Origin: a virus
Reading direction: 5' to 3' (one strand)
IMG/VR virus record: IMGVR_UViG_3300020470_003365
Location: 3,622-67,621 of that record
DNA length: 64,000 nt
The position numbers and the translations under genes were made by a program. The notes below the pieces were generated by a model. It saw only the letters and a program-made list of their open reading frames with translations. It made no database searches and was not told the origin of the DNA. Of this stretch, positions 1-9,319 are shown one piece after another (the stretch's first letter is position 1; each line of letters opens with the position of its first letter).

Positions 1-567
1 TTTAATAGCATCTTGTTCCTCATCCATTTTCTCTGGGTATCTGAGATTAGGGAAGAATTTTCTACCTTTAACTGTCATTAAGGCATCTTGTTCTTCCTTT
101 GACATCCCCCTCATGGTGCTTCCATCAGTTGGATCTATATCTGTTGTTCCATCATTTAATAAATCGTTAGCTATTTTTTTACTAGAAGCTAATCTATCTG
201 CTTCACTAACTCCATTTGCTTCTTTAGTGGCATCATTAAAACTTTCTTTTTGAACCATGTTCTTGGAGTTTTTGATCACAGATTCCATTGCACCACTTTC
301 AGGATCTCCGAAAGCTTCTTTTTCATATTCTCTTGCTCCAGATTCTATAGTTGTTGTTTTAGTTTTGGGATCATATACTCCTACCTTTCTATCTTTACCA
401 AATTCATTGTTATATATTTCTACTTCTCCAGTCTTTTTATTAACAAGCGTGAAATATTTCTCATTCCGACCTTTACCGCTTTTTATCGGTTGGAATTTAT
501 TCTTATTATCATCGTTACCAAAATGGGTTTCTGGCTTAGCCGTACGTCCAAGACCTATTAATGCCAT
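1..567 (-). CDS. gp48: Baseplate tail-tube cap protein (T4 gp48-like), runs off the window's left edge
   Basis: Not in the ORF track. Read manually from CAT at 565-567: MALIGLGRTAKPETHFGNDD...KGRKFFPNLRYPEKMDEEQDAIK, open to position 1. The LRYP...QD.IK motif and the position next to gp2/gp4 match cyanomyophage gp48. Confidence 0.65.
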   Translation of the reverse strand, partial: MALIGLGRTAKPETHFGNDDNKNKFQPIKSGKGRNEKYFTLVNKKTGEVEIYNNEFGKDRKVGVYDPKTKTTTIESGAREYEKEAFGDPESGAMESVIKNSKNMVQKESFNDATKEANGVSEADRLASSKKIANDLLNDGTTDIDPTDGSTMRGMSKEEQDALMTVKGRKFFPNLRYPEKMDEEQDAIK

Positions 568-587
568 TTATTCTAAAACTTTTTTAT

Positions 588-593
588 TATTTA
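588..593 (-). promoter_or_regulatory. T4-type late promoter box (TAAATA) for the gp48-like gene
   Basis: tattta at 588-593 reads TAAATA on the minus strand, about 20 bp upstream of the ATG. Confidence 0.6.
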
Positions 594-992
594 GCGAGGA
601 TTAAGTATGTATTTTCCATAGGGTATGGCAAGCAAATCATCTAGTTCATTTCGTTGAACGATATAGAGTTGTCCTGCTAGTTCATTCCATGTATAATTTC
701 TATATTTTTGCCAATGAAAGTTAAGTCCTCTGAATCCCCATGAGAATAATTCCACACAGGCAATCAAAGGATGCTGATCATATGATTCACCAGGAGTTTT
801 TGCATTATATACAAAGGTATAGAAATTTCCTACATCAGGGACAGGAGTAACTGTTTCATTTAGAACACTCATAATCTCTAGCATCATTTCTTCTGGATCA
901 TTAGTTCTATTGTTTAAGTCACTAAGATATTGTCGAATACGATTATCTTCTGTTTGTTGTTCTAGTCCATCGAAACCGAAAGAGTTTGTCAT
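591..992 (-). CDS. DNA end protector-like protein (short T4 gp2-like)
   Basis: GNFYTFVYNAKT...YDQHPLI...GFRGLNFHW resembles the gp2 core (F.YDAK...YD.FPLI...GLNLHY); adjacent to gp4 as in T4-like phages. Confidence 0.55.
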   Translation of the reverse strand: MTNSFGFDGLEQQTEDNRIRQYLSDLNNRTNDPEEMMLEIMSVLNETVTPVPDVGNFYTFVYNAKTPGESYDQHPLIACVELFSWGFRGLNFHWQKYRNYTWNELAGQLYIVQRNELDDLLAIPYGKYILNPR

Positions 993-1432
993 GATGCTAC
1001 ACCAAGTTCTCTTTCAGTAATAATTTTAAATTCAATTCTTTTATCTTTGCACCATTCATTAGCTGCTTGCCATTTTGCTTGATTGGTAGCATATGTTTTA
1101 CATTCGTAAAGGTATGATGGAGTCACCTTTTTTCTTTTCCTCGGTGGTTTAGTTTGCTTAAATGGTTTGACTTCAATTACATAGGTTTTAATTTCACCTG
1201 AGTTTTCTTTTACCTTAATGATAAAGTCTGGATAGTATCTACGAACTTTGCCATCAGGAGCAAGGTATGGTATATAAAATTCTTCACTTCCCCATTGTAT
1301 AATATTTTCATTTAGATCACAGTAACCACAGAACTTACTTTCCCAAGAACTACGACAGATGATATTGTTAACATCACCTTTATATTTCTTTGGATTTCTT
1401 GGCTTGTAAATACTCTTTTTACTCTCTGACAT
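989..1432 (-). CDS. gp4: Head completion nuclease (T4 gp4, TnsA-like PD-(D/E)XK)
   Basis: YKPRNPKKYKGD, RSSWE..F..YCD, WGSEE..IPY, RYYPDF, IEVKP, NQAKW.AA, F.IITE motifs. Confidence 0.92.
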   Translation of the reverse strand: MSESKKSIYKPRNPKKYKGDVNNIICRSSWESKFCGYCDLNENIIQWGSEEFYIPYLAPDGKVRRYYPDFIIKVKENSGEIKTYVIEVKPFKQTKPPRKRKKVTPSYLYECKTYATNQAKWQAANEWCKDKRIEFKIITERELGVAS

Positions 1433-1438
1433 ACATAA

Positions 1439-1468
1439 TAAATAACATAGTAAGTCAAATATTATTTA
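1439..1468. promoter_or_regulatory. Overlapping divergent late promoters
   Basis: TAAATA on + at 1439-1444 and on - at 1463-1468, within the 37 bp gap between divergent gp4 and the 1470 gene. Confidence 0.65.
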
Positions 1469-1469
1469 G

Positions 1470-2363
1470 ATGGCAAAGTTGGGGGTAACACCAACCCATA
1501 AAACGGTAGATGATTTAAAGAGTACTATATTATCACCCTCATTAACTCCGTATTTTGAGGTTCAATTTCCTGTGCCAGATTTTTTATCTAATTTGAGAAC
1601 AGGATCAAATTCTCCTTATAATTATTTGACATTATTATGTACGGAAGCAGTATTACCAGGAAATAATTTAATAACCTTTAATGTAGATAATGATTACACT
1701 GGTGTCACAGAGAAGATGCCACATAGAAAAGTATATGATCAGGAGTTACAGTTAACTTTTTATGTTAATTCAGGAGAGAATGCTTATTATCCTATAAGAT
1801 TTTTTGAAAGTTATATATCATATGTCGCAGGAGAAGATCCTAGTAATTCGGATTCATTAGAGAAATTAAAAAATCAAAATTATTTTTATAGATTATCTTA
1901 CCCTGATGAGTATATGTTAGATGGGTTGATAATTAAAAAGTTTGAGAAAGGTGGACAGTTTATTTCTCCTACACCTGGTCATGAGGTAGCTCAGGAATTA
2001 TCATATGAGTTTATTAGATCTTATCCTACGGCTATTAATAGTATGCCAGTTACATTTGGAGAAGCAGATGTTCTAAAATGTACAGTTACTTATTCTTATA
2101 TTAGGTATATACAGCATAATACATTTTCTACAAGTAGGAAAGGAGTATTTACTGCTCAACCAATTGCTAGTGTTCCTGATACTGATCCAAAAAGTCCAAA
2201 CACTACATTGAGTAAATCTGAAGTAAGAAAAGCAATACATGGCGAAACTGGTTCAAGGGAAGATCCTAGTACACCATATGGTCAAATAAAAACTGTAATT
2301 AAAAATAATAAAAGCAATGCTGAGAAAGTTATGGATCCTAAGTTCATGCCAAACATTAAATAA
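1470..2363 (+). CDS. Tail tube / baseplate tail-tube initiator-like protein (gp19/gp54 fold)
   Basis: LLCTEAVLPG, KMPHRKVYD.EL.LTFYV, YEF..SYPTAINSMPV, LKCTVTYSY are typical of T4-like tube-fold proteins; lies between gp4 and gp26. Confidence 0.7.
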   Translation: MAKLGVTPTHKTVDDLKSTILSPSLTPYFEVQFPVPDFLSNLRTGSNSPYNYLTLLCTEAVLPGNNLITFNVDNDYTGVTEKMPHRKVYDQELQLTFYVNSGENAYYPIRFFESYISYVAGEDPSNSDSLEKLKNQNYFYRLSYPDEYMLDGLIIKKFEKGGQFISPTPGHEVAQELSYEFIRSYPTAINSMPVTFGEADVLKCTVTYSYIRYIQHNTFSTSRKGVFTAQPIASVPDTDPKSPNTTLSKSEVRKAIHGETGSREDPSTPYGQIKTVIKNNKSNAEKVMDPKFMPNIK

Positions 2364-2367
2364 CCCC

Positions 2368-2375
2368 TATAAATA
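2368..2375 (+). promoter_or_regulatory. T4 late promoter TATAAATA
   Basis: Perfect consensus 28 bp upstream of gp26. Confidence 0.75.
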
Positions 2376-2403
2376 AATACACTGAACTTGTTATAAGCAT
2401 ATT

Positions 2404-3123
2404 ATGCCTTTACCAAAGATTGCGACTCCGACATATGAGTTGGAACTACCTTCTACCCAAAAGAAAGTTAGATATAGACCTTTTTTAGTTAAAGAAGAAA
2501 AGGTATTGTTGATAGCTCTTGAAAGTGAAGATACAAAAGAAATTACTAATGCTATTAGAGCAGTAATTAAAAGTTGTGTTTTGACAAAGGGTATTAAGGT
2601 TGAGACATTACCTACTTTTGATATAGAGTATTTGTTTTTGAACATTCGTGGTAAGTCTGTAGGTGAAACTATTGAAGTTAATTTAATATGTCCTGATGAT
2701 GGTGTTACTGAGGTTAAAAAGAATATTCCTATTGATAATATTAAAATTCAACGCACTGATGGTCATACCAATCAGATAAAACTTGATGATAATATTATGA
2801 TGGAATTGAAGTATCCTTCCTTAGATCAATTTATTAAAAATAATTTTGATTTTACTGAAGGAAATCAAATGGATCAATCATTTGAATTGATTGGTACATG
2901 TATTGATAAGATCTATACTGAAGAAGAGGTATGGACAGCATCTGATTGTACTAAGAAAGAGTTGACTGAATTTCTTGAGTCAATGAATTCATCTCAGTTT
3001 AAAGAGATTGAAAATTTCTTTGAAACCATGCCCAAATTATCTCATACTATTAAGGTTAAAAATCCTAATACTGAAAAAGAAAGTGATGTGGTTCTTGAAG
3101 GGTTAGCATCTTTTTTCGCTTAG
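2404..3123 (+). CDS. gp26: Baseplate hub assembly protein (T4 gp26-like)
   Basis: MPLPKIATPTYELELPS..KKVRYRPFLVKEEKVLLIA, LPTFDIEYLFLNIRGKSVGE, FFETMPKL, C-terminal LEGLASFF. Confidence 0.9.
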   Translation: MPLPKIATPTYELELPSTQKKVRYRPFLVKEEKVLLIALESEDTKEITNAIRAVIKSCVLTKGIKVETLPTFDIEYLFLNIRGKSVGETIEVNLICPDDGVTEVKKNIPIDNIKIQRTDGHTNQIKLDDNIMMELKYPSLDQFIKNNFDFTEGNQMDQSFELIGTCIDKIYTEEEVWTASDCTKKELTEFLESMNSSQFKEIENFFETMPKLSHTIKVKNPNTEKESDVVLEGLASFFA

Positions 3124-3128
3124 CTCTA

Positions 3129-3302
3129 GTGCATTTGAGTCTTGAGGGTTACTTCAAACTCAATTTTTCGTTAATGCAATATCATAAATATAGTTTGACT
3201 GAAATTGAAAATATGATGCCGTGGGAGCGAGACATTTATGTGATACTTCTTCAACAACATCTTGAAGAGGAAGAAAGAAAGCAAAAGCAACAACAATCTT
3301 AA
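3129..3302 (+). CDS. gp51: Baseplate hub assembly catalyst (gp51-like); no upstream ATG, possibly made by -1 frameshift from gp26
   Basis: Not in the ORF track. Manual translation: (GTG)HLSLEGYFKLNFSLMQYHKYSLTEIENMMPWERDIYVILLQQHLEEEERKQKQQQS*, matching the gp51 motif NF.LMQ.HKYSL.EIENM.PWER.IY. Confidence 0.85.
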   Translation: MHLSLEGYFKLNFSLMQYHKYSLTEIENMMPWERDIYVILLQQHLEEEERKQKQQQS

Positions 3303-5693
3303 ATGGCCGTTAGTAGTCCTCCAATTTTAAAGATACTATCAGATCTTGATATTGATTTGATGGATATTGATAATGATGTGGATTATTTACGTGCATTGAT
3401 GGAAGCAACTAACATGCTTACCATTACTAATGCAAGTGATAAAAGGATACCAATATTACAAGAAGAAATACAAAGAGTAAGAGCAGATAGAAAAAAAGCA
3501 GATCCTAAGTTTAAAGAAAGAAAAACAAAAATAAACATAGGCAGTTTTTTAGGTAGAGATACTGATGATGAATCTCAAAAACTTTTGGGGCCTGCTAAAG
3601 ATAGTAAAGAACAAAAGAAGAAAGCAGCATCAGGTGGGTTAGTTGATACTATTAATGTAATTGCAGAAACAGTTGCAAGAATAGAAGATACATTAATAAG
3701 TCAGAAAAAACTTGATGAAGATAAACAAAAAAATGATAAACAACTTTTAGAGAATTTAAAGAGAGATGATGAGGAGAGTAGATTAGGTAAAGTAACTGGA
3801 TTTTTAAAGAAGACAGGTGATAAAATCATTGCTCCTGTTCAAAATATCTTTGGTCAGATATTTGGTTTTATAAAGAAATTAATTTTAGGAAAAATATTTT
3901 TAAACATACTTGATTGGTTTGGTAATCCTGCTAATTCTGGTAAGATTGATAGTATTGTTAAATTTTTTAGTAATAACTGGACTAAATTATTATCTTTATA
4001 TCTTATCTTTGGAACAGGTTTAGGTAGATTTGTACAATTCATAACCAAAGTAGCAATAAAAGGTACAATTAAATTAATTGCACTTCTTGCTAAGCTTGCA
4101 TGGGCAAAGAAGATTAAGGGAGCATCAGGAATTGCTAAATTTTTTGGTGGTAAAAAAGGAAAAATTTTAGGAACTGCTCTCACTGCTGTAGGTACAGTTG
4201 GTATGTATGCTGGCATGAATAAGATGTTAGGTGGTGGTGAAGAAGAACCACAGAAGTTTAATAAGGGTGGAAAGGTTCGTGGACAAGGTGATAAGGATAC
4301 TGTTCCTGCTATGCTAACTCCTGGTGAGTTTGTTATGTCTAAGGGTGCTGTACAGCAGTATGGTATTGATACAATGGAGGCAATGAATGCAGCTGCTGGT
4401 GGAACAAATGTCCCTGTCTTGATGCCAGATAAGAAACGCAAAGGGTTTCCTGGTGGTGGTAGGCCTTATGCTCCTACTTCTAACACAGGTGTTGTAACTG
4501 ATCCAAAAGAGAGGCAACAACAAGAAGCATATATGCTTAAGTATGTTAATGAAGAAAGAGCATTTCAGGGATTACCTCCTTTAACTAATCTAACTTATGC
4601 TCCAAATGTGGAACTTACAAAGATGAGGGGTCCAGGTCCAAGAACAAATGAAATATCAAATACTAATATAGATTTTGATAAGGGTTTCAAGACCACAACA
4701 AAATCAAAAACAGTCGATGGTAAAACCACTTTTTCTGGAGGAATGAGTTTAATAACACAGGAAGATAGGGATAAGTTTTTTGCAGAAAACCCACATGCAA
4801 AAGCATTATTAGATCTTAAGGATCAGGTTGAACTGGATAATTTAGGTGCTGATATATCTGCTAGTGCTAAAATGAAGGGTGGTGGTTTAGTTCAGCATCT
4901 TAATAATGGAGGAAGAGTATATACGCAAGAAGAAGCAAATGCTATGGCGGCTTCTTTTGATAACCGACTATTGGCACAAATTCAAAAGTTAAGAAATGAG
5001 AGAGATCAACTTTCAAATAATAGAGGTTCTGATGGTAAACTATCAAGAAAGGATAGGAAGAGATGGAATGAGATCTCAGCAGAAATAGCTGCAATCCAGA
5101 AAAAAATAATATCAAGTCAGAAATCGACTACCACACCTACAGTAACACCTAAAAAACCAAGAAGTGGTGGATTTGGATTGAAACGTATGATTGGTGGTGC
5201 TGCTGATCATCTTACAGGCAATCTATTTGACTTCGATAAACGAAGTGGTGGTGGACTCATAAGAAAGACTGCAGGTGCTCTTGCCCGTCCTATGGGTGGT
5301 CTTGCTGATATGTTGACAGGTAATCTATTTGACTTTGACAATAGGAGTGGTGGTGGACTCATAAGAAAGACTGCTAATGCAATTGGTGGTTTGTTTGGTG
5401 GTTCTAAACCTAGTGCTGATAAAGTAATGGCTAAAGAACCTAAGATAAAGGAAATAAAAATTCCTGCTGAAGGTCTTGATAGTCTTTTGATAAAGATAGC
5501 TTCTAAGCAAGATATTAAAACACCAGTAGGTCAACCCTCATTGTCGGGGCCAAAGATTACTGTGATTCCAGAAAATAAACAATTCAATACTGCTCCTAAT
5601 TCATCAAATCCTGATGGCGGTAAGTCTATTCCTAAGTTTGATGTTGGTTATGGGTCGCAAAGAAAAATGAAGCAACTAGGAATATCAAGATAA
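3303..5693 (+). CDS. Tape-measure-like tail protein 1
   Basis: Charged coiled-coil N-terminus, amphipathic Gly/Lys/Phe helices and a GDKDTVPAMLTPGEFVM motif common in tape measure proteins; follows gp26/gp51. Confidence 0.55.
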   Translation: MAVSSPPILKILSDLDIDLMDIDNDVDYLRALMEATNMLTITNASDKRIPILQEEIQRVRADRKKADPKFKERKTKINIGSFLGRDTDDESQKLLGPAKDSKEQKKKAASGGLVDTINVIAETVARIEDTLISQKKLDEDKQKNDKQLLENLKRDDEESRLGKVTGFLKKTGDKIIAPVQNIFGQIFGFIKKLILGKIFLNILDWFGNPANSGKIDSIVKFFSNNWTKLLSLYLIFGTGLGRFVQFITKVAIKGTIKLIALLAKLAWAKKIKGASGIAKFFGGKKGKILGTALTAVGTVGMYAGMNKMLGGGEEEPQKFNKGGKVRGQGDKDTVPAMLTPGEFVMSKGAVQQYGIDTMEAMNAAAGGTNVPVLMPDKKRKGFPGGGRPYAPTSNTGVVTDPKERQQQEAYMLKYVNEERAFQGLPPLTNLTYAPNVELTKMRGPGPRTNEISNTNIDFDKGFKTTTKSKTVDGKTTFSGGMSLITQEDRDKFFAENPHAKALLDLKDQVELDNLGADISASAKMKGGGLVQHLNNGGRVYTQEEANAMAASFDNRLLAQIQKLRNERDQLSNNRGSDGKLSRKDRKRWNEISAEIAAIQKKIISSQKSTTTPTVTPKKPRSGGFGLKRMIGGAADHLTGNLFDFDKRSGGGLIRKTAGALARPMGGLADMLTGNLFDFDNRSGGGLIRKTANAIGGLFGGSKPSADKVMAKEPKIKEIKIPAEGLDSLLIKIASKQDIKTPVGQPSLSGPKITVIPENKQFNTAPNSSNPDGGKSIPKFDVGYGSQRKMKQLGISR
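5193..5374 (+). repeat. Tandem 102 bp (34 aa) duplication, GGxADxLTGNLFDFDxRSGGGLIRKTA
   Basis: Copies start at 5193 and 5295 and share long identical stretches (aatctatttgactt, agtggtggtggactcataagaaagactgc). Related GG.AD..T.G..DFDK units recur at about 7144-7290 in the next gene. Confidence 0.85.
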
Positions 5694-5694
5694 G

Positions 5695-7833
5695 ATGGCA
5701 ATATTAAAAGCACTTCCAGGTTCTGCAAAGATTAATGGGAAACCTGTTAAAGGTAAACTCATTCAGATAAAAAAATCTGTTATTAATATTGATAAATTTC
5801 TTGAAAAAAGAAAGGAAAGATCAATAAAAGAGATTGAAAAGGCTCAAAAACAAAATCAAAATTTTAAAAGAAAAAAGAAGGAAGAAAAGTTAGAAGAACC
5901 TAAGAAGGAATGGAAGAAATTAGTTCCAAAGAAAATTCCTGGTTTAAGTTTTTTAGATAGTATTAAAAAATTTATTAGTGGATGGATATTTGGATTCATT
6001 GCAATTAAATTGATACCATTATTACCTAGTTTAATTCCTGTGGTAATTAACTTAGGTAAGATGGTTAACTTCATTATTGATATTGGTGGTAAATTTTTGA
6101 ATGGGTTTATAAGTTTTGTAGATTTTGGAGTTAAAGCTTCAGAGGCAACCATTGGATTCATAAAGAATCTTGGTGGGGAAAAATTTGCTGAGAATTTTGA
6201 AAAATTTGCCAAGACATTTGGTTTTGTTATTGATAGTATGTTAATACTTGGTGCTTTAATGATTAAGGATGCACTAAGTGGTGATAGTGGATTTGGAGTA
6301 GGGGATTTACTTGGAAAGAAAGGACTTGGAAAATTCTTTGGAAAGAAAGCAGTAGCATCAGGACTTACTAAAACAGCAGCAAGCACTACAGCAACAGCAG
6401 GTGGAGCAGCAGGTGGTACTGCATCAACAGCAGCAGGTATAGGAGCAGGTGCAGCTGCTGGTATTGTAGCTGGTGCTGGTCTTCTTGCTTCTGGATTGGG
6501 TGAGGGTATCTTCCAAATGTTGAGGGAAGCTCGAAAGCAAGAAGCGGATAGTTATAAAAGGTTTAAAGATAAGGGTTGGTGGAACCCCATGAAATATTTC
6601 TGGGGTGCTGCACATTTAGGACAGAAATTTAGTAATTTCCAGATACAAATTCTGGGTACTATATTAGATATTGTTGGAGCACCATTTAGATATATCATAG
6701 AGTTAATAAGATATCCTTTCTTAAGTAAAGAAGATAAGAAAAAGCAACAGGAAAATCTTGCTAAATTTGATGCAAGAATCCGAGAAAGTTTTAGAGAAAT
6801 AGTAAATACATTGTCTTTGGGAATGCTTGCTAAAGAGAAGGGTTCATTTGGTAGTTTGTTTGGGAAGAAAGGAACTGATGCGATGGGTTATACCAAGGAT
6901 GGTAAATCAGTAACAGAGAAGAAAGATGTCACCCCTGCTGTAGCCCCAACCCCCAAGACTACTGATGGAACCTTCAGATCTAATGTCAAGGATCCTGTAT
7001 CAGATCGCATCGGTGGAACATTTCATAAAAATAAAGGTGCTATTATTGGTGGTGCATTAGGTTCTGCTCTTGGTCCTCTTGGTGTTGTTGCAGGTGCTGC
7101 TATTGGTAGTAGCATTCAGAAAAGAGGAATCAAAGGTGTTATTGGAGGTGCTGCTGATTTTGTGACAGGTGGTATGTTTGATTTTGATAAGAAGAATCCC
7201 AAAGGAAGTCCAAAAGGTTTTGGAATTAAAAGAGTAATGGGTGGCGTTGCTGATTGGGCAACAATGGGTCTTACTGATTTTGATAAGAGGGGTGCTGGTA
7301 TTTTACAATTTAATCCTATAAGTGGTGGTAAAGATAAGAGATGGGGTAAAGAATATAAAATACCTCAACGTATACTGGATCATAGAGATAAAGTAAATAA
7401 ATTGAGGAATATGTCTCAATTTGCAACCAAAGACGGAAGAACTATTAGTATGGTTGATATGCTTACGTCAGGTGATAGAAGTCAGATTGAAGAAGCATTG
7501 TATATGCAACGTGCAAAGGAAAGAGATCCATCAGAAGGACATTCTGATTGGGTTGGTAATCCAAAATATGAAGCAGAAACTCTTAAATATTTAAAACCAC
7601 CATCAACAAGTGAGTCACCACTCAAAATGGGTACACAAGAAGTTAAATTTGATGAAGAGTTGTTGGGTGTGAGTGCATCTTATGAAACTAATGGTGGGCA
7701 GAAAGAGTATACAATCTATGCTCCTACCACTCAGATAAATATGTTACCAGGTAATAATTCTGGTCAGGTAGTTACTAGTGGAGCAACAGTATCTTCTGGA
7801 GATGATCCTTATGAAATTTTAGAGAAGGGATAA
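5695..7833 (+). CDS. Tape-measure-like tail protein 2
   Basis: Same architecture as 3303-5693 (Lys-rich coiled coil, hydrophobic helices, Gly/Ala-rich stretch, shared DFDK repeats); probably a paralog. Confidence 0.5.
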   Translation: MAILKALPGSAKINGKPVKGKLIQIKKSVINIDKFLEKRKERSIKEIEKAQKQNQNFKRKKKEEKLEEPKKEWKKLVPKKIPGLSFLDSIKKFISGWIFGFIAIKLIPLLPSLIPVVINLGKMVNFIIDIGGKFLNGFISFVDFGVKASEATIGFIKNLGGEKFAENFEKFAKTFGFVIDSMLILGALMIKDALSGDSGFGVGDLLGKKGLGKFFGKKAVASGLTKTAASTTATAGGAAGGTASTAAGIGAGAAAGIVAGAGLLASGLGEGIFQMLREARKQEADSYKRFKDKGWWNPMKYFWGAAHLGQKFSNFQIQILGTILDIVGAPFRYIIELIRYPFLSKEDKKKQQENLAKFDARIRESFREIVNTLSLGMLAKEKGSFGSLFGKKGTDAMGYTKDGKSVTEKKDVTPAVAPTPKTTDGTFRSNVKDPVSDRIGGTFHKNKGAIIGGALGSALGPLGVVAGAAIGSSIQKRGIKGVIGGAADFVTGGMFDFDKKNPKGSPKGFGIKRVMGGVADWATMGLTDFDKRGAGILQFNPISGGKDKRWGKEYKIPQRILDHRDKVNKLRNMSQFATKDGRTISMVDMLTSGDRSQIEEALYMQRAKERDPSEGHSDWVGNPKYEAETLKYLKPPSTSESPLKMGTQEVKFDEELLGVSASYETNGGQKEYTIYAPTTQINMLPGNNSGQVVTSGATVSSGDDPYEILEKG

Positions 7834-7834
7834 T

Positions 7835-9313
7835 ATGGCTAAAGGAGATAAAACAGTTTTAGCAAAGGCATCAGATCCTGCTATAATATCAGAATTATTG
7901 GTGCTTTCTAATAAAGATCCGAATCGTGCAGTAGATTTAGCTGGAGGTATTAGTATCCTTCAATATTATGAAAGTATTTTGGCAGATACTGTAAGAGTAT
8001 CAGTTAATTATACTGACACGGGACATACTATTAAATCTGAGGATGATGATACTGTAATGACAGCAGTAGAAGGTCTTCCTATAGTTGGAACTGAAACCTG
8101 TAAGGTTATTATTGAAGATAATAATGAAAATGAAATTGAATTAGAACTATTTGTTAATAAAGTTACACCTATACAAGAAACTTCTAAAATCAATACTGTA
8201 AATTTAGAGTTGGTATCTAAGGAGTATATTTTAAATGAAAAGATAAGAGTTAATACTAGGTTTGATGGTAAAATTGCTAATGGTACAACTTCTGGAAATA
8301 AAACGAGAGCAGTAGCAACAGGTCAAACTAAAGGTGGTCATATAGAAAAAATAATAAAATCAGAAAAAAATTTTTTAAATACTGATAAAGAAATTGATAT
8401 TGAGGCAACTGCAAATAATTATAATTTTATAGGTAATAATAAAAAACCTTTTTATGTTTTGAATACTTTATCTAAGAAGTCTGTGCCAGATGGAAAACTT
8501 GGAAAGAGTGCAGGGTTTTTCTTTTGGGAAACATCAGAGGGATTTCATTTTAAATCTATTGATACATTATTAGATCCAGAAAAGAATAAAATTAAGAAAG
8601 CTATATTGTTTGATAATACTTTTGATGAGGATGGTGCAAGTATTCCTCCAGCATATGATATGAAAGCACTTGAATATTCAGAGGATAATAGAGTTAATAT
8701 AAAGGATAAGATGTTATTGGGTGCATATTCTACAAAAATAATTACCTTTGATCCATGTACTTGTGAATATAAAGTTACAACTCGAACAGTAAAGGATGAG
8801 GCTACTAAAGTTGGTGGAGGAACACCAGAGGATGAGGGATCTGAAAAGAATTTAACAACTGGTGGTGAAGAACTTCCTGTATTAAATCCTATATTTGATA
8901 GAGAAGGTTTTGATAAAGAATATAGTCGTGTTACTTATTATGTTAATGATACTGGAACTCTTCCTGCAGGATCTGGATTGGGTGAGGAACAACAGCAGTT
9001 GGATAAGTCACGAGATCCAAATTTTGTTCAGTCACAGATTGTCAATCAGTCTATAAGAAGGTATAATCAATTTTATGCCTCTCAAGTAAAGGTTACTATA
9101 CCAGGAGACTTTTCACTTCATGCAGGAGATGCTTTATTTGTAGATGCACCATCAGTAGCTGCAGATAAAAGTAAAGGTGAAGTAAACCAGCGAACTGGTG
9201 GTCTATATATTATAACTGATCTTTGTCATTATGTTTCAAGTGATGGAACATACACAAAACTGAATTTAGTAAGAGACTCTTTTGGTAGACAAGGCACTCC
9301 ATTAAAAGGTTAA
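7835..9313 (+). CDS. Baseplate hub protein (gp27 / phage late control D-like)
   Basis: YYESIL, GLPIVG.E, FFFWETSEGFHFKSIDTL, VTIPGDFSLHAGD, GGLYIITDLCH, TKLNLVRDS; lies just upstream of gp5. Confidence 0.65.
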   Translation: MAKGDKTVLAKASDPAIISELLVLSNKDPNRAVDLAGGISILQYYESILADTVRVSVNYTDTGHTIKSEDDDTVMTAVEGLPIVGTETCKVIIEDNNENEIELELFVNKVTPIQETSKINTVNLELVSKEYILNEKIRVNTRFDGKIANGTTSGNKTRAVATGQTKGGHIEKIIKSEKNFLNTDKEIDIEATANNYNFIGNNKKPFYVLNTLSKKSVPDGKLGKSAGFFFWETSEGFHFKSIDTLLDPEKNKIKKAILFDNTFDEDGASIPPAYDMKALEYSEDNRVNIKDKMLLGAYSTKIITFDPCTCEYKVTTRTVKDEATKVGGGTPEDEGSEKNLTTGGEELPVLNPIFDREGFDKEYSRVTYYVNDTGTLPAGSGLGEEQQQLDKSRDPNFVQSQIVNQSIRRYNQFYASQVKVTIPGDFSLHAGDALFVDAPSVAADKSKGEVNQRTGGLYIITDLCHYVSSDGTYTKLNLVRDSFGRQGTPLKG

Positions 9314-9319
9314 ACAACT

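Noticed and set aside
250-604. Plus-strand ORFs 250-561 and 257-604
   Set aside because: Shadows of the minus-strand gp48-like gene, which has a late promoter and a recognisable motif.
989-1432. TnsA-like nuclease as a sign of a transposon or homing endonuclease
   Set aside because: It is the core head-completion gene gp4 in its usual context; no transposase or terminal repeats.
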